Shown piece after piece: positions 15,901-31,709 of a stretch of 64,000 nucleotides of DNA; positions within the stretch are counted from its first letter, which is position 1; each line of letters starts with the position of its first letter. Source of the stretch: Nemertoderma westbladi (taxonomy: Eukaryota; Animalia; Xenacoelomorpha); contig JAUCBJ010002587.1 in assembly GCA_032718475.1 (NCBI GenBank), positions 72,597-136,596 on the forward strand. The letters run 5' to 3'. The notes beneath the pieces are model-generated. The model was not told the origin of the DNA. It did not search any database and saw only the letters and a program-made list of their open reading frames with translations. The position numbers and the translations under genes were made by a program.

Positions 15901-18900
15901 GTTGACCTTTGTACTTTACTACGGTCTGCTATTAATTGGTTTGTAGTTGACCTTTGTACTTTACGACGGTCTACTATTAATTGGTTTGTAGTTGACCTTT
16001 GCACTTTACTACGGTCTGCTATTAATTGGTTTGTAGTTGACCTTTGCACTTTACTACGGTCTGCTATTAATTGGTTTGTAGTTGACCTTTGCACTTTACT
16101 ACGGTCTGCTATTAATTGGTTTGTAGTTGACCTTTGCACTTTACGACGGTCTGCTATTAATTGGTTTGTAGTTGACCTTTGCACTTTACTACGGTCTGCT
16201 ATTAATTGGTTTGTAGTTGACCTTTGCACTTTACGACGGTCTGCTATTAATTGGTTTGTAGTTGACCTTTGCACTTTACTACGGTCTGCTATTAATTGGT
16301 TTGTAGTTGACCTTTGCACTTTACGACGGTCTGCTATTAATTGGTTTGTAGTTGACCTTTGTACTTTACGACGGTCTACTATTAATTGGTTTGTAGTTGA
16401 CCTTTGCACTTTACTACGGTCTGCTATTAATTGGTTTGTAGTTGACCTTTGCACTTTACTACGGTCTGCTATTAATTGGTTTGTAGTTGACCTTTGCACT
16501 TTACTACGGTCTGCTATTAATTGGTTTGTAGTTGACCTTTGCACTTTACGACGGTCTGCTATTAATTGGTTTGTAGTTGACCTTTGCACTTTACTACGGT
16601 CTGCTATTAATGGGTTTGTAGTTGACCTTTGCACTTTACGACGGTCTGCTATTAATTGGTTTGTAGTTGACCTTTGCACTTTACTACGGTCTGCTATTAA
16701 TTGGTTTGTAGTTGACCTTTGCACTTTACTACGGTCTGCTATTAATTGGTTTGTAGTTGACCTTTGTACTTTACTACGGTCTGCTATTAATTGGTTTGTA
16801 GTTGACCTTTGTACTTTACTACGGTCTGCTATTAATTGGTTTGTAGTTGACCTTTGTACTTTACTACGGTCTGCTATTAATTGGTTTGTAGTTGACCTTT
16901 GTACTTTACTACGGTCTGCTATTAATTGGTTTGTAGTTGACCTTTGCACTTTACGACGGTCTGCTATTAATTGGTTTGTAGTTGACCTTTGCACTTTACT
17001 ACGGTCTGCTATTAATTGGTTTGTAGTTTACCTTTGTACTTTACTACGGTCTGCTATTAATTGGTTTGTAGTTGACCTTTGCACTTTACGACGGTCTGCT
17101 ATTAATTGGTTTGTAGTTGACCTTTGCACTTTACGACGGTCTGCTATTAATTGGTTTGCAGTTGACCTTTGCACTTTACTACGGTCTGCTATTAATTGGT
17201 TTGTAGTTGACCTTTGTACTTTACGACGGTCTACTATTAATTGGTTTGTAGTTGACCTTTGCACTTTACGACGGTCTGCTATTAATTGGTTTGTAGTTGA
17301 CCTTTGCACTTTACTACGGTCTGCTATTAATTGGTTTGTAGTTGACCTTTGTACTTTACGACGGTCTACTATTAATTGGTTTGTAGTTGACCTTTGTACT
17401 TTACGACGGTCTACTATTAATTGGTTTGTAGTTGACCTTTGCACTTTACTACGGTCTGCTATTAATTGGTTTGTAGTTGACCTTTGTACTTTACGACGGT
17501 CTACTATTAATTGGTTTGTAGTTGACCTTTGTACTTTACTACGGTCTGCTATTAATTGGTTTGTAGTTGACCTTTGCACTTTACTACGGTCTGCTATTAA
17601 TTGGTTTGTAGTTGACCTTTGCACTTTACTACGGTCTGCTATTAATTGGTTTGTAGTTGACCTTTGCACTTTACTACGGTCTGCTATTAATTGGTTTGTA
17701 GTTGACCTTTGCACTTTACTACGGTCTGCTATTAATTGGTTTGTAGTTGACCTTTGCACTTTACGACGGTCTGCTATTAATTGGTTTGTAGTTGACCTTT
17801 GTACTTTACTACGGTCTGCTATTAATGGGTTTGTAGTTGACCTTTGTACTTTACTACGGTCTGCTATTAATTGGTTTGTAGTTGACCTTTGCACTTTACT
17901 ACGGTCTGCTATTAATTGGTTTGTAGTTGACCTTTGCACTTTACTACGGTCTGCTATTAATTGGTTTGTAGTTGACCTTTGCACTTTACTACGGTCTGCT
18001 ATTAATTGGTTTGTAGTTGACCTTTGTACTTTACTACGGTCTGCTATTAATTGGTTTGTAGTTGACCTTTGCACTTTACTACGGTCTGCTATTAATTGGT
18101 TTGTAGTTGACCTTTGCACTTTACTACGGTCTGCTATTAATTGGTTTGTAGTTGACCTTTGCACTTTACTACGGTCTGCTATTAATTGGTTTGTAGTTGA
18201 CCTTTGCACTTTACTACGGTCTGCTATTAATTGGTTTGTAGTTGACCTTTGCACTTTACGACGGTCTGCTATTAATTGGTTTGTAGTTGACCTTTGCACT
18301 TTACGACGGTCTGCTATTAATTGGTTTGTAGTTGACCTTTGTACTTTACTACGTTCTACTATTAATTGGTTTGTAGTTGACCTTTGCACTTTACGACGGT
18401 CTGCTATTAATTGGTTTGTAGTTGACCTTTGTACTTTACTACGGTCTGCTATTAATTGGTTTGTAGTTGACCTTTGTACTTTACTACGGTCTGCTATTAA
18501 TTGGTTTGTAGTTGACCTTTGTACTTTACTACGGTCTGCTATTAATTGGTTTGTAGTTGACCTTTGTACTTTACTACGGTCTGCTATTAATTGGTTTGTA
18601 GTTGACCTTTGCACTTTACGACGGTCTGCTATTAATTGGTTTGTAGTTGACCTTTGCACTTTACGACGGTCTGCTATTAATTGGTTTGTAGTTGACCTTT
18701 GCACTTTACGACGGTCTGCTATTAATTGGTTTGTAGTTAACCTTTGTACTTTACTACGGTCTGCTACTAATTGGTTTGTAGTTGACCTTTGTACTTTACT
18801 ACGGTCTGCTATTAATTGGTTTGTAGTTGACCTTTGTACTTTACTACGGTCTGCTATTAATTGGTTTGTAGTTGACCTTTGCACTTTACGACGGTCTGCT

Positions 18901-21900
18901 ATTAATTGGTTTGTAGTTGACCTTTGCACTTTACGTCGGTCTGCTATTAATTGGTTTGTAGTTGACCTTTGCACTTTACTACGGTCTGCTATTAATTGGT
19001 TTGTAGTTGACCTTTGTACTTTACTACGGTCTGCTATTAATGGGTTTGTAGTTGACCTTTGCACTTTACGACGGTCTGCTATTAATTGGTTTGTAGTTGA
19101 CCTTTGCACTTTACTACGGTCTGCTATTAATTGGTTTGTAGTTTACCTTTGTACTTTACTACGGTCTGCTATTAATTGGTTTGTAGTTGACCTTTGTACT
19201 TTACGACGGTCTACTATTAATTGGTTTGTAGTTGACCTTTGCACTTTACGACGGTCTGCTATTAATTGGTTTGTAGTTGACCTTTGCACTTTACGACGGT
19301 CTGCTATTAATTGGTTTGTAGTTGACCTTTGCACTTTACTACGGTCTGCTATTAATTGGTTTGTAGTTGACCTTTGTACTTTACTACGGTCTGCTATTAA
19401 TTGGTTTGTAGTTGACCTTTGTACTTTACGACGGTCTACTATTAATTGGTTTGTAGTTGACCTTTGCACTTTACGACGGTCTACTATTAATTGGTTTGTA
19501 GTTGACCTTTGCACTTTACGACGGTCTGCTATTAATTGGTTTGTAGTTGACCTTTGCACTTTACTACGGTCTGCTATTAATTGGTTTGTAGTTGACCTTT
19601 GTACTTTACGACGGTCTACTATTAATTGGTTTGTAGTTGACCTTTGTACTTTACGACGGTCTACTATTAATTGGTTTGTAGTTGACCTTTGCACTTTACT
19701 ACGGTCTGCTATTAATTGGTTTGTAGTTGACCTTTGTACTTTACGACGGTCTACTATTAATTGGTTTGTAGTTGACCTTTGTACTTTACTACGGTCTGCT
19801 ATTAATTGGTTTGTAGTTGACCTTTGCACTTTACTACGGTCTGCTATTAATTGGTTTGTAGTTGACCTTTGCACTTTACTACGGTCTGCTATTAATTGGT
19901 TTGTAGTTGACCTTTGCACTTTACTACGGTCTGCTATTAATTGGTTTGTAGTTGACCTTTGCACTTTACTACGGTCTGCTATTAATTGGTTTGTAGTTGA
20001 CCTTTGCACTTTACGACGGTCTGCTATTAATTGGTTTGTAGTTGACCTTTGTACTTTACTACGGTCTGCTATTAATGGGTTTGTAGTTGACCTTTGTACT
20101 TTACTACGGTCTGCTATTAATTGGTTTGTAGTTGACCTTTGCACTTTACTACGGTCTGCTATTAATTGGTTTGTAGTTGACCTTTGCACTTTACTACGGT
20201 CTGCTATTAATTGGTTTGTAGTTGACCTTTGCACTTTACTACGGTCTGCTATTAATTGGTTTGTAGTTGACCTTTGTACTTTACTACGGTCTGCTATTAA
20301 TTGGTTTGTAGTTGACCTTTGCACTTTACTACGGTCTGCTATTAATTGGTTTGTAGTTGACCTTTGCACTTTACTACGGTCTGCTATTAATTGGTTTGTA
20401 GTTGACCTTTGCACTTTACTACGGTCTGCTATTAATTGGTTTGTAGTTGACCTTTGCACTTTACTACGGTCTGCTATTAATTGGTTTGTAGTTGACCTTT
20501 GCACTTTACGACGGTCTGCTATTAATTGGTTTGTAGTTGACCTTTGCACTTTACGACGGTCTGCTATTAATTGGTTTGTAGTTGACCTTTGTACTTTACT
20601 ACGTTCTACTATTAATTGGTTTGTAGTTGACCTTTGCACTTTACGACGGTCTGCTATTAATTGGTTTGTAGTTGACCTTTGTACTTTACTACGGTCTGCT
20701 ATTAATTGGTTTGTAGTTGACCTTTGTACTTTACTACGGTCTGCTATTAATTGGTTTGTAGTTGACCTTTGTACTTTACTACGGTCTGCTATTAATTGGT
20801 TTGTAGTTGACCTTTGTACTTTACTACGGTCTGCTATTAATTGGTTTGTAGTTGACCTTTGCACTTTACGACGGTCTGCTATTAATTGGTTTGTAGTTGA
20901 CCTTTGCACTTTACGACGGTCTGCTATTAATTGGTTTGTAGTTGACCTTTGCACTTTACGACGGTCTGCTATTAATTGTTTTGTAGTTGACCTTTGGACT
21001 TTACTACGGTCTGCTATTAATGGGTTTGTAGTTGACCTTTGCACTTTACTACGGTCTGCTATTAATTGGTTTGCAGTTGACCTTTGCACTTTACTACGGT
21101 CTGCTATTAATTGGTTTGCAGTTGACCTTTGCACTTTACTACGGTCTGCTATTAATTGGTTTGTAGTTGACCTTTGCACTTTACTACGTTCTGCTATTAA
21201 TTGGTTTGTAGTTGACCTTTGCACTTTACGTCGGTCTGCTATTAATTGGTTTGTAGTTGACCTTTGCACTTTACGTCGTTCTGCTATTAATTGGTTTGTA
21301 GTTGACCTTTGTACTTTACTACGGTCTGCTATTAATGGGTTTGTAGTTGACCTTTGCACTTTACTACGGTCTGCTATTAATTGGTTTGTAGTTGACCTTT
21401 GCACTTTACTACGTTCTGCTATTAATGGGTTTGCAGTTGACCTTTGCACTTTACGTCGGTCTGCTATTAATTGGTTTGTAGTTGACCTTTGCACTTTACT
21501 ACGGTCTGCTATTAATTGGTTTGTAGTTGACCTTTGCACTTTACGACGGTCTGCTATTAATTGGTTTGTAGTTGACCTTTGCACTTTACTACGGTCTGCT
21601 ATTAATTGGTTTGTAGTTGACCTTTGCACTTTACGACGGTCTGCTATTAATTGGTTTGTAGTTGACCTTTGTACTTTACTACGGTCTGCTATTAATTGGT
21701 TTGTAGTTGACCTTTGCACTTTACGACGGTCTACTATTAATTGGTTTGTAGTTTACCTTTGTACTTTACTACGGTCTGCTATTAATTGGTTTGTAGTTGA
21801 CCTTTGCACTTTACGACGGTCTGCTATTAATTGGTTTGTAGTTGACCTTTGCACTTTACTACGGTCTGCTATTAATTGGTTTGTAGTTGACCTTTGCACT

Positions 21901-24900
21901 TTACGACGGTCTGCTATTAATTGGTTTGTAGTTGACCTTTGTACTTTACTACGGTCTGCTATTAATTGGTTTGTAGTTGACCTTTGCACTTTACGACGGT
22001 CTACTATTAATTGGTTTGTAGTTTACCTTTGTACTTTACTACGGTCTGCTATTAATTGGTTTGTAGTTGACCTTTGCACTTTACGACGGTCTGCTATTAA
22101 TTGGTTTGTAGTTGACCTTTGTACTTTACTACGGTCTGCTATTAATTGGTTTGTAGTTGACCTTTGCACTTTACGACGGTCTACTATTAATTGGTTTGTA
22201 GTTTACCTTTGTACTTTACTACGGTCTGCTATTAATTGGTTTGTAGTTGACCTTTGCACTTTACTACGGTCTGCTATTAATTGGTTTGTAGTTGACCTTT
22301 GTACTTTACTACGGTCTGCTATTACTTGGTTTGTAGTTGACCTTTGCACTTTACGTCGGTCTGCTATTAATTGGTTTGTAGTTGACCTTTGCACTTTACT
22401 ACAGTCTGCTATTAATTGGTTTGTAGTTGACCTTTGCACTTTACGTCGGTCTGATATTAATTGGTTTGTAGTTGACCTTTGCACTTTACGACGGTCTGCT
22501 ATTAATTGGTTTGTAGTTTACCTTTATACTTTACTACGGTCTGCTATTAATTGGTTTGTAGTTGACCTTTGTACTTTACTACGGTCTGCTATTAATTGGT
22601 TTGTAGTTGACCTTTGCACTTTACTACGGTCTGCTATTAATTGGTTTGTAGTTTACCTTTGTACTTTACTACGGTCTGCTATTAATTGGTTTGTAGTTGA
22701 CCTTTGCACTTTACTACGGTCTGCTATTAATTGGTTTGTAGTTGACCTTTGCACTTTACTACGGTCTGCTATTAATTGGTTTGTAGTTTACCTTTATACT
22801 TTACTACGGTCTGCTATTAATTGGTTTGTAGTTGACCTTTGCACTTTACGTCGGTCTGCTATTAATTGGTTTGTAGTTGACCTTTGCACTTTACGTCGGT
22901 CTGCTATTAATTGGTTTGTAGTTGACCTTTGCACTTTACGTCGTTCTGCTATTAATTGGTTTGTAGTTGACCTTTGTACTTTACTACGGTCTGCTATTAA
23001 TGGGTTTGTAGTTGACCTTTGCACTTTACTACGGTCTGCTATTAATTGGTTTGTAGTTTACCTTTATACTTTACTACGGTCTGCTATTAATTGGTTTGTA
23101 GTTGACCTTTGCACTTTACTACGGTCTGCTATTAATTGGTTTGTAGTTGACCTTTGCACTTTACTACGGTCTGCTATTAATTGGTTTGTAGTTTACCTTT
23201 ATACTTTACTACGGTCTGCTATTAATTGGTTTGTAGTTGACCTTTGCACTTTACTACGGTCTGCTATTAATTGGTTTGTAGTTGACCTTTGCACTTTACG
23301 TCGGTCTGCTATTAATTGGTTTGTAGTTGACCTTTGCACTTTACGTCGTTCTGCTATTAATTGGTTTGTAGTTGACCTTTGTACTTTACTACGGTCTGCT
23401 ATTAATGGGTTTGTAGTTGACCTTTGCACTTTACTACGGTCTGCTATTAATTGGTTTGTAGTTGACCTTTGCACTTTACTACGTTCTGCTATTAATGGGT
23501 TTGCAGTTGACCTTTGCACTTTACGTCGGTCTGCTATTAATTGGTTTGTAGTTGACCTTTGCACTTTACTACGGTCTGCTATTAATTGGTTTGTAGTTGA
23601 CCTTTGCACTTTACGACGGTCTGCTATTAATTGGTTTGTAGTTGACCTTTGCACTTTACTACGGTCTGCTATTAATTGGTTTGTAGTTGACCTTTGCACT
23701 TTACGACGGTCTGCTATTAATTGGTTTGTAGTTGACCTTTGCACTTTACTACGGTCTGCTATTAATTGGTTTGTAGTTGACCTTTGCACTTTACTACGTT
23801 CTGCTATTAATTGGTTTGTAGTTGACCTTTGCACTTTACGACGGTCTGCTATTAATTGGTTTGTAGTTGACCTTTGCACTTTACTACGGTCTGCTATTAA
23901 TTGGTTTGTAGTTGACCTTTGCACTTTACTACGTTCTGCTATTAATTGGTTTGTAGTTTACCTTTGTACTTTACTACGGTCTGCTATTACTTGGTTTGTA
24001 GTTGACCTTTGCACTTTACGTCGGTCTGCTATTAATTGGTTTGTAGTTGACCTTTGCACTTTACTACAGTCTGCTATTAATTGGTTTGTAGTTGACCTTT
24101 GCACTTTACGTCGGTCTGATATTAATTGGTTTGTAGTTGACCTTTGCACTTTACGACGGTCTGCTATTAATTGGTTTGTAGTTTACCTTTATACTTTACT
24201 ACGGTCTGCTATTAATTGGTTTGTAGTTGACCTTTGTACTTTACTACGGTCTGCTATTAATTGGTTTGTAGTTGACCTTTGCACTTTACTACGGTCTGCT
24301 ATTAATTGGTTTGTAGTTTACCTTTGTACTTTACTACGGTCTGCTATTAATTGGTTTGTAGTTGACCTTTGCACTTTACTACGGTCTGCTATTAATTGGT
24401 TTGTAGTTGACCTTTGCACTTTACTACGGTCTGCTATTAATTGGTTTGTAGTTTACCTTTATACTTTACTACGGTCTGCTATTAATTGGTTTGTAGTTTA
24501 CCTTTATACTTTACTACGGTCTGCTATTAATTGGTTTGTAGTTTACCTTTGTACTTTACTACGGTCTGCTATTACTTGGTTTGTAGTTGACCTTTGCACT
24601 TTACGTCGGTCTGCTATTAATTGGTTTGTAGTTGACCTTTGCACTTTACGTCGGTCTGCTATTAATTGGTTTGTAGTTTACCTTTGTACTTTACTACGGT
24701 CTGCTATTACTTGGTTTGTAGTTGACCTTTGCACTTTACGTCGGTCTGCTATTAATTGGTTTGTAGTTGACCTTTGCACTTTACTACAGTCTGCTATTAA
24801 TTGGTTTGTAGTTGACCTTTGCACTTTACGTCGGTCTGATATTAATTGGTTTGTAGTTGACCTTTGCACTTTACGACGGTCTGCTATTAATTGGTTTGTA

Positions 24901-27900
24901 GTTTACCTTTATACTTTACTACGGTCTGCTATTAATTGGTTTGTAGTTGACCTTTGTACTTTACTACGGTCTGCTATTAATTGGTTTGTAGTTGACCTTT
25001 GCACTTTACTACGGTCTGCTATTAATTGGTTTGTAGTTTACCTTTGTACTTTACTACGGTCTGCTATTAATTGGTTTGTAGTTGACCTTTGCACTTTACT
25101 ACGGTCTGCTATTAATTGGTTTGTAGTTGACCTTTGCACTTTACTACGGTCTGCTATTAATTGGTTTGTAGTTTACCTTTATACTTTACTACGGTCTGCT
25201 ATTAATTGGTTTGTAGTTTACCTTTATACTTTACTACGGTCTGCTATTAATTGGTTTGTAGTTTACCTTTATACTTTACTACGGTCTGCTATTAATTGGT
25301 TTGTAGTTGACCTTTGTACTTTACTACGGTCTGCTATTAATTGGTTTGTAGTTTACCTTTATACTTTACTACGGTCTGCTATTAATTGGTTTGTAGTTGA
25401 CCTTTGTACTTTACTACGGTCTGCTATTAATTGGTTTGTAGTTTACCTTTATACTTTACTACGGTCTGCTATTAATTGGTTTGTAGTTTACCTTTATACT
25501 TTACTACGGTCTGCTATTAATTGGTTTGTAGTTTACCTTTGTACTTTACTACGGTCTGCTATTAATTGGTTTGTAGTTTACCTTTATACTTTACTACGGT
25601 CTGCTATTAATTGGTTTGTAGTTTACCTTTATACTTTACTACGGTCTGCTATTAATTGGTTTGTAGTTGACCTTTGTACTTTACTACGGTCTGCTATTAA
25701 TTGGTTTGTAGTTGACCTTTGTACTTTACTACGGTCTGCTATTAATTGGTTTGTAGTTGACCTTTGCACTTTACTGCGGTCTGCTATTAATTGGTTTGTA
25801 GTTGACCTTTGTACTTTACTACGGTCTGCTATTAATTGGTTTGTAGTTGACCTTTGCACTTTACTGCGGTCTGCTATTAATTTGTTTGTAGTTGACCTTT
25901 GCACTTTACTACGGTCTGCTATTAATTGGTTTGTAGTTGACCTTTGCACTTTACGACGGTCTGCTATTAATTGGTTTGTAGTTTACCTTTGTACTTTACT
26001 ACGGTCTGCTATTAATTGGTTTGTAGTTTACCTTTATACTTTACTACGGTCTGCTATTAATTGGTTTGTAGTTTACCTTTATACTTTACTACGGTCTGCT
26101 ATTAATTGGTTTGTAGTTGACCTTTGTACTTTACTACGGTCTGCTATTAATTGGTTTGTAGTTGACCTTTGTACTTTACTACGGTCTGCTATTAATTGGT
26201 TTGTAGTTGACCTTTGCACTTTACTGCGGTCTGCTATTAATTGGTTTGTAGTTGACCTTTGCACTTTACTACGGTCTGCTATTAATTGGTTTGTAGTTGA
26301 CCTTTGCACTTTACGACGGTCTGCTATTAATTTGTTTGTAGTTGACCTTTGCACTTTACTACGGTCTGCTATTAATTGGTTTGTAGTTGACCTTTGCACT
26401 TTACGACGGTCTGCTATTAATTGGTTTGTAGTTGACCTTTGCACTTTACTACGGTCTGCTATTAATTGGTTTGTAGTTGACCTTTGCACTTTACGACGGT
26501 CTGCTATTAATTGGTTTGTAGTTGACCTTTGTACTTTACGACGGTCTGCTATTAATTGGTTTGTAGTTGACCTTTGCACTTTACTACAGTCTGCTATTAA
26601 TTGGTTTGTAGTTGACCTTTGCACTTTACGTCGGTCTGATATTAATTGGTTTGTAGTTGACCTTTGCACTTTACGACGGTCTGCTATTAATTGGTTTGTA
26701 GTTTACCTTTGTACTTTACTACGGTCTGCTATTAATTGGTTTGTAGTTTACCTTTGTACTTTACTACGGTCTGCTATTAATTGGTTTGTAGTTGACCTTT
26801 GTACTTTACTACGGTCTGCTATTAATTGGTTTGTAGTTGACCTTTGCACTTTACTACGGTCTGCTATTAATTGGTTTGTAGTTGACCTTTGCACTTTACT
26901 ACGGTCTGCTATTAATTGGTTTGTAGTTGACCTTTGCACTTTACGACGGTCTGCTATTAATTGGTTTGTAGTTGACCTTTGCACTTTACTACGGTCTGCT
27001 ATTAATTGGTTTGTAGTTGACCTTTGCACTTTACGACGGTCTGCTATTAATTGGTTTGTAGTTGACCTTTGCACTTTACTACGGTCTGCTATTAATTGGT
27101 TTGTAGTTGACCTTTGCACTTTACGACGGTCTGCTATTAATTGGTTTGTAGTTGACCTTTGCACTTTACTACGGTCTGCTATTAATTGGTTTGTAGTTGA
27201 CCTTTGTACTTTACTACGGTCTGCTATTAATTGGTTTGTAGTTGACCTTTGGACTTTACTACGGTCTGCTATTAATTGGTTTGTAGTTGACCTTTGGACT
27301 TTACTACGGTCTGCTATTAATTGGTTTGTAGTTGACCTTTGCACTTTACTACGGTCTGCTATTAATTGGTTTATAGTTGACCTTTGCACTTTACGACGGT
27401 CTGCTATTAATTGGTTTGTAGTTGACCTTTGCACTTTACGACGGTCTGCTATTAATTGGTTTGTAGTTGACCTTTTCACTTTACGACGGTCTGCTATTAA
27501 TTGGTTTGTAGTTGACCTTTGCACTTTACGACGGTCTGCTATTAATTGGTTTGTAGTTGACCTTTGCACTTTACTACGGTCTGCTATTAATTGGTTTGTA
27601 GTTGACCTTTGCACTTTACTACGGTCTGCTATTAATTGGTTTGTAGTTGACCTTTGTACTTTACGACGGTCTGCTATTAATGGGTTTGTAGTTGACCTTT
27701 GTACTTTACTACGGTCTGCTATTAATTGGTTTGTAGTTGACCTTTGCACTTTACGACGGTCTGCTATTAATGGGTTTGTAGTTGACCTTTGTACTTTACT
27801 ACGGTCTGCTATTAATTGGTTTGTAGTTGACCTTTGTACTTTACTACGGTCTGCTATTAATTGGTTTGTAGTTGACCTTTGGACTTTACGTCGGTCTGCT

Positions 27901-30900
27901 ATTAATTGGTTTGTAGTTGACCTTTGCACTTTACGTCGGTCTGCTATTAATTGGTTTGTAGTTGACCTTTGCACTTTACGTCGGTCTGCTATTAATTGGT
28001 TTGTAGTTGACCTTTGCACTTTACGACGGTCTGCTATTAATTGGTTTGTAGTTGACCTTTGGACTTTACGTCGGTCTGCTATTAATTGGTTTGTAGTTGA
28101 CCTTTGCACTTTACGACGGTCTGCTATTAATTGGTTTGTAGTTGACCTTTGCACTTTACTACGGTCTGCTATTAATTGGTTTGTAGTTGACCTTTGGACT
28201 TTACTACGGTCTGCTATTAATTGGTTTGTAGTTGACCTTTGGACTTTACGTCGGTCTGCTATTAATTGGTTTGTAGTTGACCTTTGCACTTTACGTCGGT
28301 CTGCTATTAATTGGTTTGTAGTTGACCTTTGCACTTTACGTCGGTCTGCTATTAATTGGTTTGTAGTTGACCTTTGCACTTTACGACGGTCTGCTATTAA
28401 TTGGTTTGTAGTTGACCTTTGCACTTTACGACGGTCTGCTATTAATTGGTTTGGAGTTGACCTTTGCACTTTACGTCGGTCTGCTATTAATTGGTTTGTA
28501 GTTGACCTTTGCACTTTACTACGGTCTGCTATTAATTGGTTTGTAGTTGACCTTTGGACTTTACGTCGTTCTGCTATTAATTGGTTTGTAGTTGACCTTT
28601 GCACTTTACGTCGGTCTGCTATTAATTGGTTTGTAGTTGACCTTTGCACTTTACGACGGTCTGCTATTAATTGGTTTGTAGTTGACCTTTGCACTTTACT
28701 ACGGTCTGCTATTAATTGGTTTGTAGTTGACCTTTGGACTTTACGTCGGTCTGCTATTAATTGGTTTGTAGTTGACCTTTGCACTTTACGTCGGTCTGCT
28801 ATTAATTGGTTTGTAGTTGACCTTTGCACTTTACGACGGTCTGCTATTAATTGGTTTGTAGTTGACCTTTGCAATTTGCGACGGTCTGCTATTAATTGGT
28901 TTGTAGTTGACCTTTGGACTTTACGTCAGTCTGCTATTAATTGGTTTGTAGTTGACCTTTGCACTTTACGACGGTCTGCTATTAATTGGTTTGTAGTTGA
29001 CCTTTGCACTTTACTACGGTCTGCTATTAATTGGTTTGTAGTTGACCTTTGCACTTTACTACGGTCTGCTATTAATTGCTTTGTAGTTGACCTTTGCACT
29101 TTACTACGGTCTGCTATTAATTGGTTTATAGTTGACCTTTGCACTTTACGACGGTCTGCTATTAATTGGTTTGTAGTTGATCTTTGCACTTTACTACGGT
29201 CTGATATTAATTGGTTTCTAGTTGACCTTTGCACTTTACTACGGTCTGATATTAATTGGTTTGTAGTTGACCTTTGCACTTTACGACGGTCTGCTATTAA
29301 TTGGTTTCTAGTTGACCTTTGTACTTTACTACGGTCTGTTATTAATTGGTTTCTAGTTGACCTTTGCACTTTACGACGGTCTGCTATTAATTGGTTTGTA
29401 GTTGACCTTTGCACTTTACGACGGTCTGCTATTAATTGGTTTGTAGTTGACCTTTGCACTTTACTACGGTCTGCTATTAATTGGTTTGTAGTTGACCTTT
29501 GCACTTTACGACGGTCTGCTATTAATTGGTTTGTAGTTGACCTTTGCACTTTACTACGGTCTGCTATTAATTGGTTTGTAGTTGACCTTTGCACTTTACT
29601 ACGGTCTGTTATTAATTGGTTTCTAGTTGACCTTTGCACTTTACGACGGTCTGCTATTAATTGGTTTGTAGTTGACCTTTGCACTTTACGACGGTCTGCT
29701 ATTAATTGGTTTGTAGTTGACCTTTGCACTTTACTACGGTCTGCTATTAATTGGTTTGTAGTTGACCTTTGCACTTTACGACGGTCTGCTATTAATTGGT
29801 TTCTAGTTGACCTTTGTACTTTACTACGGTCTGTTATTAATTGGTTTCTAGTTGACCTTTGCACTTTACGACGGTCTGCTATTAATTGGTTTGTAGTTGA
29901 CCTTTGCACTTTACGACGGTCTGCTATTAATTGGTTTGTAGTTGACCTTTGCACTTTACTACGGTCTGCTATTAATTGGTTTGTAGTTGACCTTTGCACT
30001 TTACGACGGTCTGCTATTAATTGGTTTGTAGTTGACCTTTGCACTTTACTACGGTCTGCTATTAATTGGTTTGTAGTTGACCTTTGCACTTTACTACGGT
30101 CTGCTATTAATTGGTTTATAGTTGACCTTTGCACTTTACGACGGTCTGCTATTAATTGGTTTGTAGTTGACCTTTGCAATTTGCGACGGTCTGCTATTAA
30201 TTGGTTTGTAGTTGACCTTTGGACTTTACGTCAGTCTGCTATTAATTGGTTTGTAGTTGACCTTTGCACTTTACTACGGTCTGCTATTAATTGGTTTGTA
30301 GTTGACCTTTGCACTTTACGACGGTCTGCTATTAATTGGTTTGTAGTTGACCTTTGTACTTTACGTCGGTCTGCTATTAATTGGTTTGTAGTTGACCTTT
30401 GTACTTTACCACGGTCTGCTATTAATTGGTTTGTAGTTGACCTTTGCACTTTACGACGGTCTGCTATTAATTGGTTTGTAGTTGACCTTTGCACTTTACG
30501 ACGGTCTGCTATTAATTGGTTTGTAGTTGACCTTTGCACTTTACGACGGTCTGCTATTAATTGGTTTGTAGTTGATCTTTGCACTTTACTACGGTCTGAT
30601 ATTAATTGGTTTCTAGTTGACCTTTGCACTTTACTACGGTCTGCTATTAATTGGTTTGTAGTTGACCTTTGCACTTTACTACGGTCTGCTATTAATTGGT
30701 TTGTAGTTGACCTTTGCACTTTACTACGGTCTGCTATTAATTGGTTTGTAGTTGACCTTTGCACTTTACGACGGTCTGCTATTAATTGGTTTGTAGTTGA
30801 CCTTTGCACTTTACGACGGTCTGCTATTAATTGGTTTGTAGTTGACCTTTGCACCTTACGACGGTCTGCTATTAATTGGTTTGTAGTTGACCTTTGTACT

Positions 30901-31709
30901 TTACGACGGTCTGCTATTAATTGGTTTGTAGTTGACCTTTGTACTTTACTACGGTCTGCTATTAATTGGTTTGTAGTTGACCTTTGCACTTTACGACGGT
31001 CTGCTATTAATTGGTTTGTAGTTGACCTTTGCACTTTACGTCGGTCTGCTATTAATTTGTTTGTAGTTGACCTTTGCACTTTACTACGGTCTGCTATTAA
31101 TTGGTTTGTAGTTGACCTTTGCACTTTACGACGGTCTGCTATTAATTGGTTTGTAGTTGACCTTTGCACTTTACGTCGGTCTGCTATTAATTGGTTTGTA
31201 GTTGACCTTTGCACTTTACTACGGTCTGCTATTAATTGGTTTGTCGTTGACCTTTGCACTTTACGACGGTCTGCTATTAATTGGTTTGTAGTTGACCTTT
31301 GCACTTTACTACGGTCTGCTATTAATTGGTTTGTAGTTGACCTTTGCACTTTACGACGGTCTGCTATTAATTGGTTTGTAGTTGACCTTTGCACTTTACG
31401 TCGGTCTGCTATTAATTGGTTTGTAGTTGACCTTTGTACTTTACTACGGTCTGCTATTAATTGGTTTGTAGTTGACCTTTGCACTTTACGTCGGTCTGCT
31501 ATTAATTGGTTTGTAGTTGACCTTTGCACTTTACTACGGTCTGCTATTAATTGGTTTGTAGTTGACCTTTGCACTTTACGACGGTCTGCTATTAATTGGT
31601 TTGTAGTTGACCTTTGGACTTTACTACGGTCTGCTATTAATTGGTTTGTAGTTGACCTTTGCACTTTACGACGGTCTGCTATTAATTGGTTTGTAGTTGA
31701 CCTTTGCAC
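12936..31709. repeat. 45-bp tandem satellite (~417 copies), consensus TGCACTTTACTACGGTCTGCTATTAATTGGTTTGTAGTTGACCTT
   Basis: Unit read directly; only one indel noticed (4 bp near 15637); higher-order block duplications visible. Confidence 0.98.
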
